64,000 bases of DNA from an uncultured Verrucomicrobiae bacterium (GCA_963813025.1 CAWEXO010000013.1:512001-576000); one strand, 5' to 3'. Shown: positions 1-10,053, numbered from the stretch's first letter. The notes: generated by a model from the sequence alone, not told the origin. Numbers and translations: made by a program.

Positions 1-41
1 ACTGACCGAAATCAAGGAGCAAAGACTCTACAACAAGGAAC

Positions 42-293
42 TATTTCGGTGCTGATCTTGCCGAAACAAAAAACGGAGACAGTGTAGCCGTGTTCGGTTG
101 TGTGTCAGTTGGCCAGTTTGCGATTGCCAGCGCCAAACTGTTGGGAGCTGGCCGGGTTTTCGCCATCGACACGATTCCGGAGCGCCTTCAGATGGCACGG
201 CAGCAAGGAGCCGAAGTGATCGATTTTAACGATGAAGATCCCGAACAGACGTTGAAGGATTTGACGGACGGGAGTGGCCCGGATCGCGGGTGA
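42..293 (+). pseudogene. Internal fragment of a zinc-dependent alcohol/formaldehyde dehydrogenase
   Basis: Reads YFGADLAE..GDSVAVFGCVSVGQFAIASAKLLGAGRVFAID..GAEVIDF..GSGPD, the Rossmann part of MDR enzymes. The Zn-binding N-terminus is absent and the frame stops early at 293. Confidence 0.75.
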
Positions 294-403
294 CCGAGAA
301 CGATGATATTACATGCGCTTCCGCTAAAAACCTGTGAACATCCCCCTGTCTTTAACCGGCACATATCAGGCAACTAGAAGATTGAAACGCAAAGAAATCT
401 GGG

Positions 404-922
404 TTGCCGTGGGACTTCTGGGTTCCTGATTTCCGCGGAACTGGTGATCGCACTCAAGAGCGCTACCCAAAGGCGGAGGATCTCACAAAAAAGCCAAGGC
501 AGACTGGGGTCGACCTGTTGCTGAATGCCAAGCCCGCTGCGCTCTCCAGCGTCGCGGATCCGGAGGGAAAGAGCACCGGCGCAATAGCTTCAGGAGAGCC
601 GACGAACGTTGATGCCGAATTCACGACTGAAGTAAGTCACCCCCAGGTACCTGCGAACGCAACTTACTCATCTTCGGCAAATCAGCGAGACTCTGCGCGG
701 ATTATTCGATCAAAGGTTCCCAAGGAATCGCATCGATCATCCGTGCGATCTAGAATAGTTGATGTGAAATTGCGACTGCTCGCACTATGGTACCAAAGCA
801 TGGCGCGATCTGAAAATCTCGCAGCTGGATGTCATTCTCGAACTCTGGCGCAGGAAAAAAGAAGAAAGTGCAGCGCGACCGGCAGTACAAGCAAACGGCT
901 GCCTGCGCTAAATCCGGGATAA
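404..922 (+). CDS. Hypothetical low-complexity protein with C-terminal KLRLLALWYQS motif; start uncertain, probable frameshift near 812
   Basis: S/T/A/P-rich ORF. The amphipathic motif resembles the C-terminus of the TIR protein at 13024-14112. The reading may continue as SRSWMSFSN in another frame after the A-run at ~813-816. Confidence 0.45.
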   Translation: MPWDFWVPDFRGTGDRTQERYPKAEDLTKKPRQTGVDLLLNAKPAALSSVADPEGKSTGAIASGEPTNVDAEFTTEVSHPQVPANATYSSSANQRDSARIIRSKVPKESHRSSVRSRIVDVKLRLLALWYQSMARSENLAAGCHSRTLAQEKRRKCSATGSTSKRLPALNPG

Positions 923-1152
923 CTGTCTGTTCTTTACACCAAAGTTGTTGCCGATGGCTTCAAAGCTTTCGGCGTAGATCTCACCGGCCTCAAACCAGGA
1001 GCACAGTGACAGCTTGCTTCCTGGTTCTCAGGCATCCAAAAAACACAAGAAGACCGAACCGTCATAGTATGCCACGCGGAAGCAAGTCCAAAAAGAGAAA
1101 ACGAATACAAGAAGATTTAAGCTAGCCAATTGAAGCAAACGATCCAAGGTCG

Positions 1153-1995
1153 TCAATCTCGTTGGCCGAAGAGTTGATTAAGTTCTCTGAACGGGGTGCC
1201 GCCGGCGAGCGTTTCGAAGGTGCCGTTTGCAGCGATGGCGCGAGCCGCCCGGACGAAGGCACCCCAAGCGGCGAGCGCCAGGCCGGAGCCGACAGAGATG
1301 CGGCGCACACCAAGGTCGCCGAGTTGCGAAACGGAGAGCTGCGAATTGAATCCGGAGACCAGCACATTGACGGGCTTCGGAGCGACAGCTTTAACGATGG
1401 CGGCGATGTCATCCGGTTCGCTGACCCCCGGCGCATACAGGCAATCGGCCCCGGCATCGGCGTAGGCGACGAGACGCGCGAGCGACGTGCCAAGCGGATC
1501 GGAGTCCCTGACGAGGAAAGCCTCGCAGCGCCCGGTCAGGATAACGGCATTGCCTGAGGTGTCGATGGCATGGCGGGCGGCCTGGATCCGCTGTACCGCG
1601 ATCGACTCTTCGTAGAGTGGAGCGTTGCTGTCTCCGGTAGAATCCTCGATCGAAAGGCCGGCGACGCCGGTGGCGACGCAGAGTGCCGTGTTAGCGGCGA
1701 CGCCTTCGGGTGCCTGGGCGAAGCCTCCCAGGAAATCCGCGTTGACCGGAAGCGGCGTGGCGGCCGCAATCTCACGGATATGCGCGAGCATTTCGTCACG
1801 CGGGACCGCGCCATCAGCCGTTCCGCGACTGAAAGCGAATCCGGCTGAAGTTGTGGCCAGCGCCTTGAAGCCCAGATGTTGCAAATAGACGGTCGTCCCA
1901 ACGTCCCACGGATTCGGCAGCACGAAGCACCTGTCGGCGTGCAAAGCATGAAAGGCCGCGATCGCGGATGGCTGAGCAGTGCGCTGATCGTTCAC
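1153..1995 (-). CDS. Isocitrate lyase/PEP mutase family protein
   Basis: Motifs LPNPWD, GFKALATTSAG, LPVNAD, GLSIED and AGADCLYAPG. Confidence 0.92.
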   Translation of the reverse strand: MNDQRTAQPSAIAAFHALHADRCFVLPNPWDVGTTVYLQHLGFKALATTSAGFAFSRGTADGAVPRDEMLAHIREIAAATPLPVNADFLGGFAQAPEGVAANTALCVATGVAGLSIEDSTGDSNAPLYEESIAVQRIQAARHAIDTSGNAVILTGRCEAFLVRDSDPLGTSLARLVAYADAGADCLYAPGVSEPDDIAAIVKAVAPKPVNVLVSGFNSQLSVSQLGDLGVRRISVGSGLALAAWGAFVRAARAIAANGTFETLAGGTPFRELNQLFGQRD

Positions 1996-2468
1996 GCCGA
2001 CATCCTACACCTGCCGCACGTGGACGCGCCAGCCTCGGGATTGCGTTGCCACGGCTCTTTATGGGCGCACCGGTTCGGAGCGTTATTCGGGCAGGTTCAC
2101 AATAGTCTCAGACATTAACCTCAAATCAAGGCATGTAGCTCCGCATGAAATACGAAGTCCCTCACATACTTGATGGTGGCGTAAATGGACTTTTTCGCTC
2201 CGGTTCGCATGTTGGCATAGACCTGACCAATCCGGTCTCTACCGTTCCGCAAACGCCCCCGTTACGTGCAAGAAGGCTGCTCGCCCGCCATCTTCGAACT
2301 AGTTGCATCCCGCTCTTCCTGGTGTCCCGTCGCTGCCGCTGAAGACTAGCGAAGATGGCTAGTCGTATATCGTATTACGGCATATATGGAAAATGCGAAA
2401 GAACATGGTATCTTTTGTCGAAAAGAAGCTGACGGATATGGCGGTCGAAATCATACACCAACTGGTGC

Positions 2469-2666
2469 ATGGCAAATACAATGAACATTATCCTTTATCT
2501 TGCAGTTGTCTGTTCAATGCTCTTCGGGCCGATTGGAGTCATTATCTTTGAAGATTGGCGCGCACGCCGCGAAACTTGCAGGCAGGACGAACGCAGGCGC
2601 CGCTGGGCGGAGTTTTTCGAAAGCGACGGCAGCCCGATCGACTCAAGGATGAAGGAGAAGCAATGA
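2469..2666 (+). CDS. Small hypothetical membrane protein
   Basis: 65 aa; one hydrophobic segment followed by a charged tail. Confidence 0.45.
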   Translation: MANTMNIILYLAVVCSMLFGPIGVIIFEDWRARRETCRQDERRRRWAEFFESDGSPIDSRMKEKQ

Positions 2667-2687
2667 CTGACGACGGATCTTATGAGA

Positions 2688-3695
2688 CTATTCGTGGTGC
2701 CAAAGATCCGAAGTCAGAAAGGCCGCAGTGGCGCCTCCTAGAATCACCGCAGCAGCGGCAAGCCATCCCTGATGTTGGGTTAGCTTCAAAGCCCAACTCA
2801 GGCCGTGCGCCCGATCGTCGAACGAGCCGTGCGCGCCGGGGTCTCCTGATACCGGTTCCCAGAGGTTGTCGGGACGATTCGGGTCTGCCGGTCCATCGTA
2901 TTGCTGCGCCTGATATCCTGTCTTGCCAAGATAGGAATCCAATAGACCGGGTACAAATCGTTGACCGAGAATCGCCTCATAGGTCGACGCGCCGACCCAG
3001 ACTTCTCGACGCTGGTGGTTGGCTGCCCACAAAATCGCCTCAGCAGCAACTTCGGGCTGGAAAATTGGCGGCACTGGTTGCGCCTTGTGGGGTAGACGGC
3101 TTTTTACCCAGCCGAACTGGGGAGTATTCAGGGCGGGCATGTGAACTATCGAAAGTTTGATCGCACTACCTTCATGAATCAGTTCACAACGCAGAGAGTC
3201 GGTAAACCCGACAATCGCGTGTTTGGAGCCGCAGTAGGCGGACTGCAACGGTATGCTGCGATAGGCTAAGGCCGAGCCGACCTGAACAATTGTGCCACGA
3301 TTTCTTGGCAGCATACGTTTGAGTGCCTCCATCGTCCCGTAAACCACGCCCAAGTAAGTTACCTCGGTGACTCGCTTGAATTCCTCAGGTCTGATTTCCG
3401 CGACTGGTGCGAAGACCGACGTCATCGCGTTGTTAATCCAGATGTCGATCGGTCCGAATGTTTCCTCGACAGCTTCTGCCGCTCTTGCCACAGCAGTCGC
3501 ATCAGCTACGTCCGTCGGGAGCCCGATTGCGTGGCCCCCGTATGCTTCTGCCTCCTTACGTGCGCCATCCAGCCCTTCGTGTCCTCGAGCCAAAAGCCCA
3601 ATGTATGCGCGCCGCTTTGCGAAAGCACAAACAGTCGCTCGACCCACGCCGGCAGATGCACCGGTAACAACAACTACTTTAGGTTTTGTGTTCAT
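2688..3695 (-). CDS. SDR family oxidoreductase
   Basis: TGASAGVG, NNA and YCGSK motifs; hydrophobic C-terminal tail. Confidence 0.93.
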   Translation of the reverse strand: MNTKPKVVVVTGASAGVGRATVCAFAKRRAYIGLLARGHEGLDGARKEAEAYGGHAIGLPTDVADATAVARAAEAVEETFGPIDIWINNAMTSVFAPVAEIRPEEFKRVTEVTYLGVVYGTMEALKRMLPRNRGTIVQVGSALAYRSIPLQSAYCGSKHAIVGFTDSLRCELIHEGSAIKLSIVHMPALNTPQFGWVKSRLPHKAQPVPPIFQPEVAAEAILWAANHQRREVWVGASTYEAILGQRFVPGLLDSYLGKTGYQAQQYDGPADPNRPDNLWEPVSGDPGAHGSFDDRAHGLSWALKLTQHQGWLAAAAVILGGATAAFLTSDLWHHE

Positions 3696-5452
3696 AAACC
3701 AAGCAATCTTTGACCCGTCCGGAACCGGGGTATGCCCACTCCGTGGGTTCCTGGTGGAGACATTCGGCGGCGAACGGGCGGTGGGGTCAGGTCACGCGTG
3801 TCGGATGTAAAAATCGTGTTTCCCTGTGAGATGAGATAATCAGCGGTGCGCGCAGCCAGCGCTTGAATGGTTAACCCAGGATTAGCAGAGCCTTGGGTCG
3901 GCAAAATACTGCCGTCACAGACGAACAAGTTAGCAACATCATGAGTCCGACCAAAGCAGTCCACAACTGATGTCGCGGGATCTTTTCCCATGCGAGCCGC
4001 GCCAACCAGGTGGGCGTAGCGTGCTTCCTGGACAACTTCTTCCGCACCGGCCGACCGCATCACTTCCATGACTTTGTTTTTCCCAAATTCGATCAGCTTC
4101 TTGTCGTTGTCGTGCAGGCTGAAAGAAACATGGGCCACCGGCAAACCGAACTGATCTCGTTCCTTCGCCAGGGTAACTCGATTCTCGGCCCACGGCAGGA
4201 TTTCGCCTAATAAGCCAAACGCCGACCAATGGTTATAATCCATCATGACTCGGCGCATTCCCCAACCCCAAGCCCCCTTTGCCGCCATCATTTGTTTCGC
4301 AAACGCGATCGGCAACGGACCGACTGTCTGGATCGCAAAACCCCGGGCGAAGTCGCGCTTCCTGTCTGTTTCGTAAAATTCTTCCGTCAGTGCATGAGCA
4401 GGCGGTGCTTTGTACATCCGGATCGGGTCCGCGAAGCGTCCCAAAATAACATTTCCGGCCTGCGCCATTAAATAGCGCCCCACAGTATCGCTGGAGTTGG
4501 CCAATCCATTTTCGTGTCGGCTGCAGGCCGAGTTTAGCAGGAGGCGTGGTGTTTCAATGGCATACCCGGAGACAATTACTGCTTTTGCTTTCTGGAAATG
4601 TTCTCGACCTTCCCGATCAAAGTACAGGACGCCGGTAACTCTCCCATTGGTCCCGAGTTCGATTCGAGCGGCCATGCAACGATCCCTGATTTCGGCGCCA
4701 CAGCGTAGCGCATCAGGCACATGGGTAACCAAGGTGCTTGCTTTCGCGCCGACTTTGCAGCCTTGAATGCAAAAACCGCGATAAATACAGTGCGGGCGCT
4801 GGCCGTGCGAGCCCGCATTGATCGCAACTGGACCGCCGGCACAAACCCGAATACCAAGTTTGGTGCAACCTCGAATCAAACTATTCCCGACCCCTCCCAT
4901 GGGGTGCGGACCGTACGGATAACCATGTGGATCCCCCCACGGGAAATATGCCGGACCGGAAACCGGCATTTCCAGTTCGAGGAGCTCATAGTATGGCTTC
5001 AGGTCCGGGTAGCCGATCGGCCAATCTACTCCCACCCCGTCTTCCGTGTGGACCCGGAAGTCCGACGGATGGAATCGCGGTGCGAAGGCGGCCCAGTGTA
5101 CGGATCCGCCGCCGACACCTTTGCCGCAGTTGTTCGCACCAAGCGTCAGCGGATTGGCGCCGCCGATGATGCGCAGATCTTCCCAGTAGAGCCGGTGAGA
5201 CCCGGCTTCATCGCTAACCCAATCTTTTTCAGTATCCCAAAAAGGTCCAGCCTCGAGTGCTACAACCGAGAACCCGGCGCGGGCGAGCCTTTGAATCAGA
5301 ACGCCTCCGGCTGAGCCTACGCCGACGACAAGATAATCGACGGCTTCGGTCTCGGCACGCCGGCGCATGGACGAACTGATGCGCTGAATCGGCCCAAGAG
5401 AGTGCGTGTGCTGGTTTGGCGAGCGAAAGGCGCCTCCGATCGGCAGTTTCAA
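3692..5452 (-). CDS. GMC family oxidoreductase (flavoprotein subunit)
   Basis: GVGSAGG FAD motif, GKGVGGGS, Cys cluster CIYRGFCIQGC, HLVGAARMG and NPGLTI. Confidence 0.92.
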   Translation of the reverse strand: MKLPIGGAFRSPNQHTHSLGPIQRISSSMRRRAETEAVDYLVVGVGSAGGVLIQRLARAGFSVVALEAGPFWDTEKDWVSDEAGSHRLYWEDLRIIGGANPLTLGANNCGKGVGGGSVHWAAFAPRFHPSDFRVHTEDGVGVDWPIGYPDLKPYYELLELEMPVSGPAYFPWGDPHGYPYGPHPMGGVGNSLIRGCTKLGIRVCAGGPVAINAGSHGQRPHCIYRGFCIQGCKVGAKASTLVTHVPDALRCGAEIRDRCMAARIELGTNGRVTGVLYFDREGREHFQKAKAVIVSGYAIETPRLLLNSACSRHENGLANSSDTVGRYLMAQAGNVILGRFADPIRMYKAPPAHALTEEFYETDRKRDFARGFAIQTVGPLPIAFAKQMMAAKGAWGWGMRRVMMDYNHWSAFGLLGEILPWAENRVTLAKERDQFGLPVAHVSFSLHDNDKKLIEFGKNKVMEVMRSAGAEEVVQEARYAHLVGAARMGKDPATSVVDCFGRTHDVANLFVCDGSILPTQGSANPGLTIQALAARTADYLISQGNTIFTSDTRDLTPPPVRRRMSPPGTHGVGIPRFRTGQRLLGL

Positions 5453-6219
5453 TGATGGATGTCCCCCTGCTGTAAATGGGCCAAATCTTCGATCTTCTCC
5501 AACTCGGCAAGATCGGAAACAGTATCTGGTGGCGCCTGCCAGAAATAGCGTTTCTCCTCGACTTCCCAGGGTTCCGGCTCACCGCGTTCGAGGCGAAAAT
5601 AGCCGCGCGGATAGGCTGGACCGCCGTATCCGATCTCATCCCAGCTCCAGGGATGCGCGTAATAAACTTCCACACAGTCTTCAATCAGGAGCGTCCAGAA
5701 ACGATGAACCGGCAGGCGTTGCCAGAGATGCAAAGCAGCGGTCGGCTTGCCGTCCCGAATCGTTTTCAATAGCTCATCCTGCTCGCGCCAGCTCAGCTCC
5801 AGAAATTCGCGGCCATGCAACTCGCGAGCCATCACTTGGAATATCTGAATCGCTAGGCGGTACGCCTCCCCGTGTGGCGGCATATTTTCGAACCGGTAGC
5901 CTCGAGTGCGGTGTTCAAAAAGACGTTCATCGATCAAAGGAACAATGGGAATCCGGTGAGCCGCGGGTCGATCATCCTGGGGGAGCACGTGCTCGCACAC
6001 GACAGTCAGCACCCGCACCTCATCGCTGTCGAAGAAACGAATCGGCGGCGGCTCATCCAATCGCCGTAGCACGACGGCGCGAGTAGCGGCATCCCAGAAA
6101 CCCTGCTGGTCGAGCGTGCTGTAGCCTGGATAGTAGCCGGGCTCCGGCTTTGGCTCAAGGCGATCGCCGGTGAACGGGTCCCGGAGACCCGCTTCACGAT
6201 TGTTTCCTTCCGTCTGCAT
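5449..6219 (-). CDS. Gluconate 2-dehydrogenase subunit 3-like protein
   Basis: FLELSWREQDELL and YYAHPWSWDEIGYGGPAYPRGY; its stop overlaps the GMC gene start. Confidence 0.85.
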   Translation of the reverse strand: MQTEGNNREAGLRDPFTGDRLEPKPEPGYYPGYSTLDQQGFWDAATRAVVLRRLDEPPPIRFFDSDEVRVLTVVCEHVLPQDDRPAAHRIPIVPLIDERLFEHRTRGYRFENMPPHGEAYRLAIQIFQVMARELHGREFLELSWREQDELLKTIRDGKPTAALHLWQRLPVHRFWTLLIEDCVEVYYAHPWSWDEIGYGGPAYPRGYFRLERGEPEPWEVEEKRYFWQAPPDTVSDLAELEKIEDLAHLQQGDIHH

Positions 6220-6231
6220 TCGTCGATTCGG

Positions 6232-7155
6232 TTATCGTTCTCGTCGCATCTGGCTGGCGAGCAGTCCGACCGCACCGCAGGCCGCAAAAAGGAGGGGCGC
6301 AAAAACTGGTGGCCCGTACATGATGTTGTAAAGCTTCAGCTTTAGCCCGCCCGGCCGGCGGAGCACCCCGCGTGCGTGATAGAAAAACCCGACCGCGCCG
6401 TCGGCCATAGCCAAAAGGGAGAGTGCCGGCAACCAGGTACGCGCAATTTGCGGGCTCTTGATTGATGCTCCCGCAGCGGCCATCAGCAGCGGCGTAAGCA
6501 TAATCGGAGTCCATTGAGCTCGATAACGGAAATTGTTCTTGTAGTGAGAGTAGAGTGCCTCGAAACCGCTGAAGAAGGTGGCGAAAACCGTAACTGCAGC
6601 CAAATGCTGCTGGTATCGTCCTTCGCTCAATGCTGCTCCTTGTAGCAAAAGCTTCAGCGGCTGCCCGGAGCCTCGGCCGGGCCAACGAACAAGGGATCGA
6701 ACCTCCGGTGTTTCTTCCGAGCGCAAGAACGACGCGAGCAAACCGAGATAAGCGCTAACTCCAAACAACAGCGGAGCGAAGATCGGCGGCCCCATGATAA
6801 TATTCGCGACTGGTACCCGCCAGCCGCCCGGCTTGCGTTGAATGCCCCGGACGTGAAAAAGAAAGCCTATCCCACTGTCGACAAGCGTGATGGCCGAAAC
6901 CCCTCGAAGCAGCGAGCGCGCCACTCGCCGGTCAATTGATCCCCACACTCCAGCTGCGGTTAAAGCCCCGCTGAGAATGACCGGCGTATACATTACGCGC
7001 TGGCCATAGCTGCCCCGATAATGCTCGTAAGCAACCTCGAGTCCCGAGAGAATGCTGGACAATCCGGCGAGCAAAGAAAGGCTTCTCTGAAATCGTCCCT
7101 CCCGGATATGGGTTCTTACTGAACGGAGATCGCGCGTCAGCGTTATACCCTTCAA
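6232..7155 (-). CDS. Polytopic membrane protein with two-fold internal repeat (start uncertain; TTG 7155 chosen)
   Basis: Two homologous halves, each with E...HY, TP, FH.RG..R.PGG and GPP.FAPLLF. Confidence 0.8.
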   Translation of the reverse strand: MKGITLTRDLRSVRTHIREGRFQRSLSLLAGLSSILSGLEVAYEHYRGSYGQRVMYTPVILSGALTAAGVWGSIDRRVARSLLRGVSAITLVDSGIGFLFHVRGIQRKPGGWRVPVANIIMGPPIFAPLLFGVSAYLGLLASFLRSEETPEVRSLVRWPGRGSGQPLKLLLQGAALSEGRYQQHLAAVTVFATFFSGFEALYSHYKNNFRYRAQWTPIMLTPLLMAAAGASIKSPQIARTWLPALSLLAMADGAVGFFYHARGVLRRPGGLKLKLYNIMYGPPVFAPLLFAACGAVGLLASQMRRER

Positions 7156-7166
7156 TCTTGTACTCC

Positions 7167-7433
7167 TCAGAATTTTCGGTGGACCCGGCACACCATGCTG
7201 GTCCACGCAGATGGGATGTTGAACGGATCGAGGCCCAGCACTGTTTTGGCGAGCATGTCACGGATCAGGACCGCCGTGCTCGTGTCCGCATAAGTGTAGC
7301 CAATGCCTGTTACCTCATTTGCTGTGGCCTCCACCAAGACCATTGTCGTTTTATCCCACGCCAAGGTTCCGTCGGATTCCGGCGCGTCGGTTGGAACAGT
7401 GTACGCCGCGACCGAGATCTTATCGATTTTCAT
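7167..7433 (-). pseudogene. N-terminal fragment of a mandelate racemase/enolase-superfamily protein
   Basis: YTVPTDAPESDGTLAWDKTTMVLVE..TGIGYTY capping domain only; stops after ~88 aa with no barrel domain. Confidence 0.85.
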
Positions 7434-7461
7434 TGAAAATAGAAATCCGAATAAACCTCCT

Positions 7462-7924
7462 TCACTTCTTCCCTTTGTGCGGCAGGATCGTGGCCGCCGC
7501 ATCTTTGATTGTCTGCTGAATGATTCCTTTCTCTTCCGGAGTCGCTACTGAGGACGCAGTTATCCGGCAGACGCGGCGACAGTTCCCAGAATACCCGCTG
7601 CGGATTGATCGGATCAGCGCCTTGCATCGCGCGCGCTTCGAGCACTTTCCACCATTCGTTTGTTTCCTTTTCGATATCTTTACGCCATGAACGATCTTTC
7701 TTGCGCTCAAGGAAGGGAGTCAGAGCGCGCAGGGTTTCCGCGCTATCGCCCATGAGATTTACTTCCATCGGATAACGGATACTGAGCATCCGTCCATCGA
7801 TGTCGATCTGGACACCACGAGCCTGACCTTCTTTAGGCAGAAACTCGCCGGGAAATCCATAAATCCGTTTGATGCCCCAGTCAGACAAGCGTTTAAGCAG
7901 GAAATCACTGACTTTATCTTTCAT
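7462..7924 (-). pseudogene. Thiamine-pyrophosphate enzyme (pyruvate oxidase/PoxB-like) with two large internal deletions
   Basis: N-terminus (..WGIKRIYGFPG) joins directly to the mid-domain (EFLP..GVQIDID..INPQRVF..SSDSG), then out of frame to a C-terminal piece (PEEKGIIQQT). Confidence 0.85.
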
Positions 7925-8120
7925 TTTCGCTTCTTGGTTCGTCCTCTGCAGTCGACACAAAAGCCAGAAATTGATGGTCCGACGACTCGCCTAGCCGATA
8001 ATACGTCGTTTTCGTGAGTGCTCGCGGATGTATCGAATCGGGCGTCAATCTCCGCCTTCAATATCTCGCTCTACGATATAACTCAATCAGCCTGGTCCGA
8101 TCAGAAAAGCGGATCCTCTG

Positions 8121-8828
8121 TCACTCTATTTGCACCGGGCTCCAGTCCAACTCGAGCACGCCGGGCTGCTGAACCAACTGCTCGAAAAAGGCCGGCGACC
8201 GGCTGAACGTGGGCCGCTCCCGCCACTGCACTTCGTAGCTTAACTTGCGCTGTTGTCCATGGCTCCGATACGTCAATCCGCAGGATATGATCTGGTATTT
8301 CGCTCCAGCAATGCAGGCGAGGATTTCTTCCTCGGTTGGTCCATCTGCACCCGCGATCAGGACTAGGTTACCGCGCCGATCGCGCTTTGTGCGCTGCTCG
8401 ACCAATTGGAGGCCCCAGAGCACGATTGAGCCCAATACCAACGCGGCGAGTCCAAGTCCGATCTGTCCGCCCCCGAAACAAAGGCCGACAACCGTGACAA
8501 ACCAGAGCGTAGCGGCAGTGGTTACGCCCAGTACGATATTGTCTCGTCGCAGAATCGCCCCTGCGCCAATGAACCCCATGCCGGACAAGATGCCCAGGGG
8601 TAGGCGCATGAGGTCCAGTGAAATGAAGGAATCCGAAGCTTTGCCGACGGTGCCCAGCAGTAGATTTGCTTGGATCATCGCGATTGATGCCGCCAGACAG
8701 ACCAGTAAGGTTGTCCGTAGCCCGGCCGGCCGGCCGTGCTCACCACGGTTGAACCCAATCAAGGCGCCCGCCACGATCGTCAAAGCCAGACGGAGGGCAA
8801 TTTCAGGCCATCCTATAGTTGTCGACAT
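8121..8828 (-). CDS. MgtC/SapB family protein
   Basis: PAGLRT, GMGFIGAGAI and GVTTAATLW motifs. Confidence 0.92.
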   Translation of the reverse strand: MSTTIGWPEIALRLALTIVAGALIGFNRGEHGRPAGLRTTLLVCLAASIAMIQANLLLGTVGKASDSFISLDLMRLPLGILSGMGFIGAGAILRRDNIVLGVTTAATLWFVTVVGLCFGGGQIGLGLAALVLGSIVLWGLQLVEQRTKRDRRGNLVLIAGADGPTEEEILACIAGAKYQIISCGLTYRSHGQQRKLSYEVQWRERPTFSRSPAFFEQLVQQPGVLELDWSPVQIE

Positions 8829-9046
8829 AAACCTTGGCTAACATTTGCTCGCAGAACCGGACTTGCCGCGGGCAGATCAATCCCTTCCGTCGTGCGGTTC
8901 GTTCCTCGAATTCGCCCCTGGGGGCAAAGCCGGATTTGCCGCCCGTGCTCGGGGTCAAAGCTTACGACCAAACCGACTCTCATCTGCGATCCCAGAGGGA
9001 TTCTTCCGACCCAGCTGAAGCCGGGTTGGGCAAGCGAAATTTAAGT

Positions 9047-9229
9047 ATGCCAGCCAAATCGAAAAAACAACAAATGGCCGCGGGCGCCGCGTTGGCTGCC
9101 AAACGGGGAAAACGTTCGACGTCCAGTCTTAAGGGCGCTTCAAAGCAAATGGAAAAATCGATGTCGGAGAAGCAGCTCAAAGATTTTGCGAAGACCAAAC
9201 GCAAAAAACTTCCGACAAAAAAAGGGTAA
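9047..9229 (+). CDS. DUF3008 family small basic protein
   Basis: MPAKSKKQQMAAGAALAAKRG..LKGAS..MSEKQL.DFA.TKRK.LP. Confidence 0.88.
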   Translation: MPAKSKKQQMAAGAALAAKRGKRSTSSLKGASKQMEKSMSEKQLKDFAKTKRKKLPTKKG

Positions 9230-9240
9230 AGCTCGAATCC

Positions 9241-10011
9241 CTATTTGCCCGTAGCCCAAACGCGTGCCGGTTTCACGGCGTACTTGCCGACCATCTCGAT
9301 TAGTCTCCGTGCGTTCAGCGGCGCACGCGTATTGACGTCATTGTTGAAATAGACAAAGCCTTTCAATCCTTGACGAGCGCATAGTCGCAGTTGTTCCGCC
9401 CACGGTTCAAGTTCATGATCGGTGTAGTCGTGGGCGGATCCGCCCTTTAGACCATGAAAACGTACATAAACAAAGTCAGCGGTCGGGGTGAGGTGCATTG
9501 GCATCGCTTGAGAACTGACAGATACGTTCGCGATCCGATAACGCTTCAGGACGTCTTCAACCTCTTTATCGAGCCAGGATGGGTGACGAAATTCTATTGC
9601 ATGCGCGTAGCGCCGGGGCAAAGATTTCGCAAAGTGGCACAGCCGCTCCATATTCTTCGTAAAATCAGGCGGCAACTGCCATAATATTGGCCCTAGGCGC
9701 GGTCGCAAAAGCCGACAGCGTTCAAGTAGGATTGGGAAAGACTTTGCTCCCGGTTTTAGCCGCTTGAAATGGGTCACTGCCCGGCTCCCTTTGAGGGCAT
9801 AGATAAATTCCTCGGGAGCTGACTTTCGCCAGGCGGCAAAAGTGGTTTTCTCGGGCAGGCGATAAAAACTTGCGTTGATTTCGACGGTGGGAAACTGAGT
9901 TGCGTAGAATTCAAGATGCCGTTGGGCTGGGCAATCATCCGGATAGAAAGACCTCGCCCAGCCCTTGTACATCCAGCCACTCGTTCCGATATAAATCTTC
10001 GCGGCGTCGAT
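9241..10011 (-). CDS. DUF72 domain protein (no canonical start before the conserved N-terminus; ATC at 10011 assumed)
   Basis: IYIGTSGW, TVEINASFY, LWQLPP, AIEFRHPSW, YVRFHG and YFNND. Confidence 0.88.
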   Translation of the reverse strand: MDAAKIYIGTSGWMYKGWARSFYPDDCPAQRHLEFYATQFPTVEINASFYRLPEKTTFAAWRKSAPEEFIYALKGSRAVTHFKRLKPGAKSFPILLERCRLLRPRLGPILWQLPPDFTKNMERLCHFAKSLPRRYAHAIEFRHPSWLDKEVEDVLKRYRIANVSVSSQAMPMHLTPTADFVYVRFHGLKGGSAHDYTDHELEPWAEQLRLCARQGLKGFVYFNNDVNTRAPLNARRLIEMVGKYAVKPARVWATGK

Positions 10012-10053
10012 AAAAACGCGGCCGGTTAATTGAATTGTGATCTTGTTGCCTGC

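Noticed and set aside
357..375. Sigma-54 promoter (GGCAC...GC)
   Set aside because: GG-N10-GC spacing fits, but the TT before GC is missing and the downstream start is uncertain.
2090..2120. Possible IS terminal repeat
   Set aside because: No partner end, target duplication or transposase found.
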